Shown piece after piece: positions 1-11,233 of a stretch of DNA of 11,233 bases (positions within the stretch are counted from its first letter, which is position 1; every line of letters begins with the position of its first letter). The DNA is from a virus. Its lineage: Duplodnaviria; Heunggongvirae; Uroviricota; Caudoviricetes. Made by a program: the position numbers and the translations under genes. Where the stretch lies: the IMG/VR virus record IMGVR_UViG_2657245015_000004, one strand, 5' to 3'. The notes under the pieces are model-generated. The model was not told the origin of the DNA, made no database searches, and saw nothing but the letters and a program-made list of their open reading frames with translations.

Positions 1-1071
<1,071 letters not shown>

Positions 1072-1078
1072 ATCGTCC

Positions 1079-1474
1079 TCACATTTCATAGGTAATGACA
1101 TAAGTCAGATCGGCAGAACTCCACAGGCCCGCATCATCGTCGCGCCGGTAGTCATAGCCGCTGGCCACCATACTGGTGATCAAATCTGACAGTGCAGGGA
1201 TATCGCTCATCACCGGATAAATCCGGGACTCCATCCACGCATCCAGCTCTGAATCCGGCACCTGAGCAGGCAGGAAAACTTCGATATGCAGCTCCGCCTG
1301 CCAGGTATCGCTATCCAGCTCTTCGCCCGTGTATTCAGCGCCGGTGAGATAAACGGCAACTGCCGGAAAATCCGCCTCATCAAAAACAGCGGGGCGACCA
1401 TCAAAAAACGTCGCTCCGGTGTCATGCTTCTCCAGTGCATCCAGTACGGCTGCACGGAGTTCAGTATGTTTCAT
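1079..1474 (-). CDS. U: Tail terminator protein gpU (131 aa)
   Basis: 131-aa [21 protein letters not shown]... matches lambda gpU. Its start overlaps the Z stop by 4 nt (ATGA). Confidence 0.9.
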   Translation of the reverse strand: MKHTELRAAVLDALEKHDTGATFFDGRPAVFDEADFPAVAVYLTGAEYTGEELDSDTWQAELHIEVFLPAQVPDSELDAWMESRIYPVMSDIPALSDLITSMVASGYDYRRDDDAGLWSSADLTYVITYEM

Positions 1475-2049
1475 CGCTTTATTACCATCCTCAGTTGATG
1501 CTGCAGCGCATAGCCCAGCTCTTTCGGAAGACGCTCACGCCGTATCCGCTCAATATTCTGTTTAAACGCCGTGGTCAGCGGCACCGCCATCGGGATTTTC
1601 ACCACATCAATGGGGTAACGGTTTTTCCCGGCCACACGCTGCATGACATGCCAGCGGCCATTTTTCAGTTGCTGAATAAACGCGCCGGGAATACGACGGT
1701 TTCCCACCACAAGCACGCTGCCGCCACCTTTCAGGGCTGAACGCTGCCCCTTTTTACGACGCCTGCGTCGGGACAGGACAACCCGCGCGTTACCCAGCCT
1801 GATTACGGGCAAATCCCCCCGGTTAATTTTGATTCTGGCCTGCGGATTTTTGACCGTGGCCCTTTTCAGCCTGGCCCTTTCCTTTACCAGTTTCCGGCGT
1901 ACCTTTGTCTCACGGGCAACCTGTGACGCCGACTGCGATATCGCGGATGAAGCAACGCGGTTAATGGCCATTGCGGAGGCACCGGGCACCGCCGTTTTGC
2001 TGATACGGCTGAGGTTTTCAACGGCCTGCTCAAGACCCTGTATGGCCAT
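1471..2049 (-). CDS. Z: Tail completion protein gpZ (192 aa)
   Basis: 192-aa ORF MAIQGLEQAVENLSRISK... matches lambda gpZ. An AAGGGGGA ribosome-binding site lies upstream of the ATG. Confidence 0.9.
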   Translation of the reverse strand: MAIQGLEQAVENLSRISKTAVPGASAMAINRVASSAISQSASQVARETKVRRKLVKERARLKRATVKNPQARIKINRGDLPVIRLGNARVVLSRRRRRKKGQRSALKGGGSVLVVGNRRIPGAFIQQLKNGRWHVMQRVAGKNRYPIDVVKIPMAVPLTTAFKQNIERIRRERLPKELGYALQHQLRMVIKR

Positions 2050-2060
2050 ACATCCCCCTT

Positions 2061-2414
2061 TCAGCGGCGACGGTTAACGGCAGGCGGTACGCCCCGTCCA
2101 AGCCAGAGATGACAACTTCCGCCATCATCTGGCGAAACCCGATCTACCCAGAAATTTTCCTCACCGATGGTCAGCGTGTCTCCACGCCGCAGCTGCCGCA
2201 CCTCATCAGTCCGGACAAACAGGGACGGGCTGGAGCCTTCAACGCGCACGCCCTGTCCGGCATAGCTGATATTTTCAGGGTCATCAAAAACACCACGTAT
2301 CACCGCACCTGACTGCTCACCGGATGTCATGGTGGCTGACGTTCCCATGTACCCGCGTATCGTTTCATCGGCGCGGGCAATGGCAGCATCGAACAGGTTA
2401 TCGAAATCAGCCAC
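2061..2414 (-). CDS. FII: Head-tail connector protein gpFII (117 aa), GTG start
   Basis: 117-aa ORF MADFDNLFDAAIARADE... matches lambda gpFII. Start codon is GTG (window cac at 2412-2414) with a GGAGG site upstream. Confidence 0.9.
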   Translation of the reverse strand: MADFDNLFDAAIARADETIRGYMGTSATMTSGEQSGAVIRGVFDDPENISYAGQGVRVEGSSPSLFVRTDEVRQLRRGDTLTIGEENFWVDRVSPDDGGSCHLWLGRGVPPAVNRRR

Positions 2415-2425
2415 AGCGCCTCCCG

Positions 2426-2824
2426 TTATTGCATTCTGGCCAGGCCGCGCTCTGTCATTTCGGCTGCCACACCGGCAGAGACACGAAACGCCGTTCCCGG
2501 CAGCACAAATGCCACAGGTTCATCCCGCGTGACGTGAAGTGCATCAGTATGCAGCTTCACCAGTGCCACGACCGTGACCAGTTCAGACGTATCCAGAATC
2601 ACGGTATCCGGCTGCGCTGATCCCACCTCATTTTCATGTCCGGTCAGCACATTTTCCCGGCTGAGAGGGGTGTCCTGACCGGCAGTTTCATCCGTGTCAT
2701 CAAGCTCCTCTTCCAGCTCTGCCACACGGAGCGCCAGTTCTTCTTTCGTCCCCGTCAGGCTGACATCACGGTTCAGTTGTTCACCCAGCGAGCGGAGACG
2801 GGCAATCAGTTCATCTTTCGTCAT
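2426..2824 (-). CDS. FI: DNA-packaging / head assembly protein gpFI (132 aa)
   Basis: Internal Met of the 145-aa track ORF gives MTKDELIARLRSLGEQLNRD...GLARMQ, matching lambda gpFI. A GGAGGAG site sits 5 nt upstream of the ATG at 2824-2822. Confidence 0.9.
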   Translation of the reverse strand: MTKDELIARLRSLGEQLNRDVSLTGTKEELALRVAELEEELDDTDETAGQDTPLSRENVLTGHENEVGSAQPDTVILDTSELVTVVALVKLHTDALHVTRDEPVAFVLPGTAFRVSAGVAAEMTERGLARMQ

Positions 2825-2845
2825 GGACTCCTCCACAGAGAAACA

Positions 2846-2863
2846 ATGGCCCCGAAGGGCCAT
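2846..2863 (-). other. Stable RNA hairpin in the E-FI intergenic region: 7-bp stem AUGGCCC/GGGCCAU with a UUCG tetraloop (minus-strand transcript)
   Basis: Plus strand atggccccgaagggccat is a perfect palindrome with a 4-nt centre. It lies 2 nt downstream of the E stop (2866-2868) and 21 nt upstream of the FI ribosome-binding site. No U-tract follows. Confidence 0.5.
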
Positions 2864-2865
2864 GA

Positions 2866-3891
2866 TTACGCCAGTTGTACGGACACGAACTCATCAGGGT
2901 CAGCCAGCAGCATCAGCGGTGCTGACTGAATCATGGTGAACTCACGCGCCGGATCGCCGGTGGTCACCCAGTTTTTCGGGTAACGGGCAGAGGCGTTAAT
3001 GCCTTCGCGCTGTGCGTCCGCATCCTGAATGCAGCCATAGGTGCGCAGACCGCGTGCATGAGTGTTACCCAGCACCATCGTGTTGTCCGGCAGGAAGTTC
3101 TTTTTGACGCCGTTTTCCACGTACTGTCCGGAATACACGACGATGGCCACATCGCCATACATTCCCTTATAAGACACCGCTTTGCCCAGGTCTTATACCG
3201 CTGTCTCCAGTTCGGAATGAGAGCCGCGACGGGTATCCAGCTTCTCCCTGACGGCTTTGAAGGAACGGAACAGCGCCCAGCCTTTCGGATCGAACACGAT
3301 GATATTCACCACACCGCTGGCATTCAGCGCGTAGGCTTCGATATCGTCGGTCGGGTCATACGTGGACTTGTCACGCTTGCTCCACTCCGTGCCGCCGGAC
3401 TGCGTGATGTTATTCTCCTCACTGCGGCCCATATCCACCTCAACCGGATCGAAGGCTTCACCGGTCATGGTGTATTTGCCCTTAAGCACGGCAGAAACTG
3501 CCTGCATCTCTTCGACCTGAGCAATGGCCAGCTCTTCGTCACGCATGTTCTGCATGATGATGCGACGGCGGCGGTAAGCCGGGTCCGCCAGATTCTGCGG
3601 ATCTTCATCCGGCAGGCGACGCAGGGTCATCTGCGGATTCACTTCATGCTTCGGCTTGACATATCCCGGCGTAAATTCAGAGGTGGAGCCGCCACGGGAA
3701 CGGATAACCTCACCGGAAACAATCGGCGAAACGTACAGCGCCATGTTTACCAGTCCCGGAATTTGTGAGAGATAGACTTTCTCCGTGGTGAAGGGATAGC
3801 TCTCACGGAAAAAGAGACGCAGAAACAGCGGATCAAACTTAAATTTCTGCTCATTTGCCGCCAGCAGTTGGGCGGTTGTGTACATCGACAT
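2866..3891 (-). pseudogene. E: Major capsid protein gene E (341 codons) interrupted by an in-frame TAA at codon 233 (window 3193-3195)
   Basis: Track ORFs 3193..3918 (…GSHSELETAV, then stop) and 2866..3177 (VSYKGMYGD… to …VSVQLA) are in the same frame (3193-2866 = 327). Between them the minus strand reads GTA TAA GAC CTG GGC AAA GCG, i.e. V-stop-D-L-G-K-A. Lambda gpE has Lys at this position as I recall it. Total span is exactly 341 codons plus stop. Confidence 0.85.
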
Positions 3892-3903
3892 AAAAAAATC
3901 CCG

Positions 3904-3929
3904 TAAAAAAAGCCGCACAGGCGGCCTTT
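3904..3929 (-). terminator. Terminator-like hairpin (GC stem GCCGC-CUGU-GCGGC followed by U7) between D and E on the late-transcript strand; probable attenuator or RNA-stability element
   Basis: Plus strand taaaaaaagccgcacaggcggccttta. On the minus strand the stem is followed by UUUUUUU (3910-3904), then a second U7 run (3898-3892) immediately before the E ATG. Confidence 0.4.
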
Positions 3930-3946
3930 AGTGATGAAGGGTAAAG

Positions 3947-4279
3947 TTAAACGATGCTGATTGCCGTTCCGGCAAACGCGGTCCGTTTTTTCGTCTCGTC
4001 GCTGGCAGCCTCCGGCCAGAGCACATCCTCATAACGGAACGTGCCGGACTTGTAGAACGTCAGCGTGGTGCTGGTCTGGTCAGCAGCAACCGCAAGAATG
4101 CCAACGGCAGCACCGTCGGTGGTGCCATCCCACGCAACCAGCTTACGGCTGGAGGTGTCCAGCATCAGCGGGGTCATTGCAGGCGCTTTCGCACTCAATC
4201 CGCCGGGCGCGGTTGCGGTATGAGCCGGGTCACTGTTGCCCAGCGGCTGGTAATGGGTAAAGGTTTCTTTGCTCGTCAT
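3947..4279 (-). CDS. D: Capsid decoration protein gpD (110 aa)
   Basis: Translation [12 protein letters not shown]...AGTAISIV matches lambda gpD. The track ORF begins two codons upstream (MFM...); the lambda-equivalent ATG is at 4279-4277. Confidence 0.9.
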   Translation of the reverse strand: MTSKETFTHYQPLGNSDPAHTATAPGGLSAKAPAMTPLMLDTSSRKLVAWDGTTDGAAVGILAVAADQTSTTLTFYKSGTFRYEDVLWPEAASDETKKRTAFAGTAISIV

Positions 4280-4288
4280 AAACATCCC

Positions 4289-4684
4289 TTACACTGGTGT
4301 GTTCAGCAAATCGTTAACGGCATCAGATGCCGGGTTACCTGCAGCCAGCGGTGCCGGTGCCCCCTGCATCAGACGATCCAGCGCAGTGTCACTGCGCGCC
4401 TGTGCACTCTGTGGTGCTGCGGCCAGAATGCGGCGGGCCGTTTCCACGGTCATACCGGGGGTTTCTGCCAGCACGCGTGCCTGTTCTTCGCGTCCGTGAG
4501 CCTCCTCACAGTTGAGGATCCCCATAATGCGGCTGTTTTCTGCCGCAACCGCTGCGGTGATCTGCGCGTTCACGTCCGGCTGCGCCGCGCTGGCGTTTTC
4601 GCCCTCCGTCGCTGGCACCACGTCAGTAACGTCAGCCTGCGAAGCAGTGGCTGAAACAGTTGTTGATTGAGTCTCTTTGGTCAT
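4289..4684 (-). CDS. Nu3: Scaffolding protein gpNu3 (131 aa), nested in frame within the 3' third of C
   Basis: Internal ATG at 4684-4682, in frame with C, preceded by a strong AGGAGGG site. Translation MTKETQSTTVSATASQ...LLNTPV is 131 aa, as for lambda Nu3. Confidence 0.8.
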   Translation of the reverse strand: MTKETQSTTVSATASQADVTDVVPATEGENASAAQPDVNAQITAAVAAENSRIMGILNCEEAHGREEQARVLAETPGMTVETARRILAAAPQSAQARSDTALDRLMQGAPAPLAAGNPASDAVNDLLNTPV

Positions 4685-5588
4685 TCGCCCTCCTGAGAGA
4701 CGGGATTTACGTGCATCCAGTGCATCACGCATGACGGTGATCGCATCGGTGCTGTTAACAAGTTCATCAGCCAGTCCGGCATCAATGGCCTCCTGACCGC
4801 TGTACACTGCAGCCTCGGTATCCAGCACAGCCTGCACGGACAGGCCGGTATATGCCGACACCTTCTGCGCAAACATCTGGCGGGTTGCGTCCATCCGGGA
4901 CTGCAGTGTCTCCCGGACGTCATCCGGAAGATGGCTGTAGGGGTTGCCATCCACCTTATGGCTGCCGCTGTAAATCAGCGTGATTTCCACACCCTGTTTC
5001 TCCAGCGCAGCACCGTAATTACTGTGAGCCATCATGACGCCGATGGAGCCTGTCCGGGCGGTCTGCGTGACCAGACGCCGGGAGGCGGCACTGGCAAGCA
5101 ACTGACCTGCACTGCAGTTCATGTCGTTGGCAAGCGCCCATACCGGTTTTATGTCACGCACACGGGCGATGATGTCAGCGCAGTCAAATGCCCCCGCCAC
5201 CATCCCGCCGGGCGTGTCCATATCGAGCAGAATGCCGTCCACCATCGGATCGCTGGCAGCCTGTTGCAGACGGGCGATAATGCCGTTGTAACCGGTCATC
5301 CCCGAGTACGGCTGCAGCGCCCGCGTCCGGCTGACCAGCGTGCCGGACACCGGCAGCACGGCGATGCCGTTCATGACCTGATAACTGCGGGTCTGTCGTG
5401 GTCCGTCATCATCACCGGATAATGCCAGCGTCGCGAGTGCCTCCTGGGCAGTCAGGCTGTCGCCGGACACCGCATCCGTCAGGCGGCTGATCCCAAGCTG
5501 GCCTGCAAGCGCACAAAAGAAAACCCGCGCATAGGCGGGTTCAAGCATCAGCGGCTCATTAAAGGCCATGCTGGCAATATGCGGGAGA

Positions 5589-5608
<20 letters not shown>
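4289..5608 (-). CDS. C: Capsid assembly protease / scaffold gpC (439 aa), GTG start
   Basis: Translation from (V)TAELRNLPHIASMAFNEPL... to ...DAVNDLLNTPV matches lambda gpC. GTG at 5608-5606 is preceded by a GGAGGAG site and overlaps the 3' end of B by 20 nt. The 484-aa track ORF is an upstream alternative-start extension. Confidence 0.85.
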
Positions 5609-9289
<3,681 letters not shown>

Positions 9290-9315
<26 letters not shown>

Positions 9316-9835
9316 TCAGCAACCCCGGTATCAGTTCATCCAGCGCGGCTGCTTTGTTCATGGCTTTGATGATATCCCGTTTCAGGAAATCAACATGTCG
9401 GTTTTCCAGTTCCGGAAAACGCCGCTGCACCGACAGGGGGATCCCGTCGAGAATACTGGCAATTTCACCTGCGATCCGCGACAGCACGAAAGAACAGAAT
9501 GCGGTTTCCACCACTTCAGCGGAGTCTCTGGCATTTTTCAGCTCCTGTGCGTCGGCCTGCGCACGCGTAAGTCGATGGCGTTCGTACTCAATAGTCCCTG
9601 GCTGGAGATCTGTCTCGCTGGCCTGTCGCAGTTCTTCAACCTCCCGGCGCAGCTTTTCGTTCTCAATTTTAGCATCCCTTTCGGCATACCATTTTATGAC
9701 GGCGGCAGAGTCATAAAGCACCTCATTACCCTTCCCACCGCCTCGCAGAACGGGCATTCCCTGCTCCTGCCAGTTCTGAATGGTACGGATACTCGCGCCG
9801 AAAATGTCAGCCAGCTGCTTTTTGTTGACTTCCAT
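9290..9835 (-). CDS. Nu1: Terminase small subunit gpNu1 (181 aa)
   Basis: 181-aa ORF MEVNKKQLADIFGASIRTIQNWQEQGMPVLRGGGKGNEVLYDSAAVIKWYAERD... matches lambda gpNu1, including the N-terminal winged helix-turn-helix DNA-binding segment. It lies immediately downstream of cosB. Confidence 0.93.
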
Positions 9836-9854
9836 TGTTCATTCCACGGACAAA

Positions 9855-9975
9855 AACAGAGAAAGGAAACGACAGAAGCCAAAAAGCCCGTTTTCAGCAC
9901 CTGTCGTTTCCTTTCTTTTTAGAGGGTGTTTTAAATAAAAACATTAAGTTACGACGAAGAAGAACGGAAACACCT
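9855..9975 (-). promoter_or_regulatory. cosB: terminase (gpNu1) binding region with R1 (about 9860-9875), R2 (about 9901-9916, inverted), R3 (about 9958-9973) and the AT-rich presumed IHF-binding segment between R3 and R2
   Basis: Three copies of the CGTTTCC-containing R element in the lambda arrangement: plus strand agaaaggaaacgacag, ctgtcgtttcctttct and gaagaacggaaacacc. They sit between cosN and the Nu1 start. Assignment is by recognition of the lambda left-end sequence. Confidence 0.7.
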
Positions 9976-10012
9976 TAAACCGGAAAATTTTCATAAATAG
10001 CGAAAACCCGCG

Positions 10013-10024
10013 AGGTCGCCGCCC
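10013..10024. other. cosN: the 12-nt cohesive-end sequence (plus strand aggtcgccgccc, reverse complement GGGCGGCGACCT), present here in the joined/uncut state
   Basis: Exact 12-mer, flanked on one side by left-end sequence (cgcgggttttcgc in reverse complement) and on the other by right-end sequence (cgtaacctgtcggatc, reverse complement of ...GATCCGACAGGTTACG). Confidence 0.85.
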
Positions 10025-10029
10025 CGTAA

Positions 10030-10056
10030 CCTGTCGGATCGCCGGAAAGGACCCGC
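10030..10056. other. cosQ region (approximate): right-end sequence just upstream of cosN, needed for packaging termination in lambda
   Basis: Segment ctgtcggatcgccggaaaggacccg corresponds to the lambda right-end sequence where cosQ maps. Exact boundaries cannot be fixed from sequence alone. Confidence 0.4.
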
Positions 10057-10060
10057 AAAA

Positions 10061-10075
10061 TGATAATAATTATCA
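10061..10075. promoter_or_regulatory. Perfect 7-1-7 palindrome TGATAAT-A-ATTATCA, matching the core of the Fur-box consensus
   Basis: Read directly from the sequence (tgataataattatca). The Fur-box core is usually written TGATAATnATTATCA. Function here is unknown and it may be a coincidental AT-rich palindrome. Confidence 0.3.
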
Positions 10076-10223
10076 TCTACATGTCACAACGTGCATCTAC
10101 GCCATCAAACCACGTCAAATAATCAATTATGACGCAGGTATCGTATTAATTGATCCGCATCAACTTAACGTAAAAACAACTTCAGACAATACAAATCAGC
10201 GACACTGAATACGGGGCAACCTC

Positions 10224-10418
10224 ATGTCAACGAAGAACAGAACCCGCAGAACAACAACCCGCAACATCCGCTTTCCTAACCAAATGATTGAACAAATTAA
10301 CATCGCTCTTGATCAAAAAGGGTCCGGGAATTTCTCAGCCTGGGTCATTGAAGCCTGCCGTCGGAGGCTAACGTCAGAAAAGAGAGCATATACATCAATT
10401 AAAAGTGATGAAGAATGA
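10224..10418 (+). CDS. Small basic protein (64 aa) with a ribbon-helix-helix-like (Arc/MetJ/CopG-type) signature; putative DNA-binding regulator
   Basis: ORF MSTKNRTRRTTTRNIRFPNQMIEQINIALDQKGSGNFSAWVIEACRRRLTSEKRAYTSIKSDEE. It has a beta-strand-like NIRFP, a helix, a G-x-N/S turn and a second helix (SAWVIEACRRRL). Weak GGGG ribosome-binding site 7 nt upstream. It is antisense to late transcription, as bor is in lambda. Confidence 0.55.
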   Translation: MSTKNRTRRTTTRNIRFPNQMIEQINIALDQKGSGNFSAWVIEACRRRLTSEKRAYTSIKSDEE

Positions 10419-10518
10419 ACATCCCGCGTTCTTCCCTCCGAACAGGACGATATTGTAAATTCACTTAATTACGAGGGCATTGCAGTAATTGAGTTGCAGT
10501 TTTACCACTTTCCTGACA

Positions 10519-10546
10519 GTGACAGACTGCGTGTTGGCTCTGTCAC
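10519..10546. other. Inverted repeat gtgacaga ... tctgtcac (8-bp arms, 12-nt spacer) between the convergent 64-aa and 68-aa ORFs
   Basis: Read directly from the sequence. No adjacent T-tract on either strand, so it is not a classic intrinsic terminator. It could be a protein-binding site or a weak bidirectional pause structure. Confidence 0.3.
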
Positions 10547-10582
10547 AGGTTAAGTAGTTTGAATGATTAGCAGTTATGGTGA

Positions 10583-10789
10583 TCAGTCAACCACCAGGGA
10601 ATAATCCTTCATATTATTATCGTGCTTCACCAACGCTGCCTCAATTGCCCTGAATGCTTCCAGAGACACCTTATGTTCTATACATGCAATTACAACATCA
10701 GGGTAACTCATAGAAATGGTGCTATTAAGCATATTTTTTACACGAATCAGATCCACGGAGGGATCATCAGCAGATTGTTCTTTATTCAT
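10583..10789 (-). CDS. Hypothetical 68-aa acidic protein, collinear with the small plus-strand right-end ORF of lambda
   Basis: [74 protein letters not shown] at 10789-10787 and TGA at 10585-10583. Same orientation as the late genes. No recognisable domain. Confidence 0.55.
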
Positions 10790-11032
10790 TTTGTCGCTCC
10801 ATGCGCTTGCTCTTCATCTAGCGGTTAAAATATTACTTCAAATCTTTCTGTATGAAGATTTGAGCACGTTGGCCTTACATACATCTGTCGGTTGTATTTC
10901 CCTCCAGAATGCCAGCAGGACCGCACTTTGTTACGCAACCAATACTATTAATTGAAAACATTCCTAATATTTGACATAAATCATCAACAAAACACAAAGA
11001 GGTCAGACCAGATTGAAACGATAAAAACGATA

Positions 11033-11233
11033 ATGCAAACTACGCGCCCTCGTATCACATGGAAGGTTTTACCAATGGCTCAGGTTGCCATTTTTAAAGA
11101 AATATTCGATCAAGTGCGAAAAGATTTAAACTGTGAATTGTTTTATTCTGAACTAAAACGTCACAATGTCTCACATTATATTTACTATCTAGCCACAGAT
11201 AATATTCACATTGTGTTAGAAAACGATAACACT
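11033..11233 (+). CDS. Hypothetical protein, 5' part only (runs off the window end); alternative start at ATG 11075, which has a better ribosome-binding site (GGAAGG)
   Basis: Open frame of 67 codons with no stop: [67 protein letters not shown]. The frame opens after TAA at 10949-10951. It is divergent from the 10583-10789 ORF and collinear with a lambda right-end ORF on the complementary strand. Confidence 0.55.
   Translation, partial: MQTTRPRITWKVLPMAQVAIFKEIFDQVRKDLNCELFYSELKRHNVSHYIYYLATDNIHIVLENDNT

Noticed and set aside
2694-2939. 81-aa plus-strand ORF beginning with a poly-serine run
   Set aside because: Antisense to FI/E. The poly-Ser arises from the GAG/GAA-rich sense strand. Not a credible gene.
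3058-3768. 236-aa plus-strand ORF
   Set aside because: It lies entirely antisense to the well-supported E gene, has no ribosome-binding site or recognisable domain, and is a typical open-frame artefact in GC-rich coding DNA.
2866-3918. Track ORFs 3193..3918 and 2866..3177 as two separate genes
   Set aside because: They are the two halves of E in one frame, separated only by the TAA at 3193-3195. The 9-codon N-terminal extension of the first and the GTG start of the second are ORF-caller artefacts.
4931-5422. 163-aa plus-strand ORF, along with other plus-strand ORFs at 341-751, 6756-7196 and 7684-8160
   Set aside because: All are antisense to identified lambda-type genes (C, V, B, A), with low-complexity or Arg/His-rich translations. 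No evidence they are genes.
9858-9916. Inverted repeat agaaaggaaacgacag ... ctgtcgtttcctttct upstream of Nu1 as a possible terminator
   Set aside because: These are the cosB R1 and R2 terminase-binding elements in their known inverted arrangement, not a terminator.
10074-10100. Direct repeat catctac (two copies, 13-nt spacing)
   Set aside because: Too short (7 nt) to distinguish from chance in AT-rich sequence. No supporting structure.

Overview
This window is the cos-spanning part of a phage lambda-type genome in its joined (prophage or circular) form, reverse-complemented relative to the usual lambda map. Reading left to right: the end of an IS3-family insertion sequence (1-249), a 22-codon remnant of tail gene G (250-315), then V, U, Z, FII, FI, E, D, C with nested Nu3, B, W, A and Nu1, all on the minus strand and codon-for-codon collinear with lambda (331-9835). 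These are followed by cosB, cosN and cosQ (about 9855-10056) and an AT-rich right-end segment with three small ORFs (10224-11233). Two lesions inactivate an otherwise intact morphogenesis module: an in-frame TAA at codon 233 of the major capsid gene E, and the IS insertion truncating G. I found no evidence of a novel biological system; the most open items are a small ribbon-helix-helix-like ORF and a perfect Fur-box-like palindrome next to cos. All identifications rest on reading the supplied translations and sequence against remembered lambda proteins and sequence; no database search was possible.
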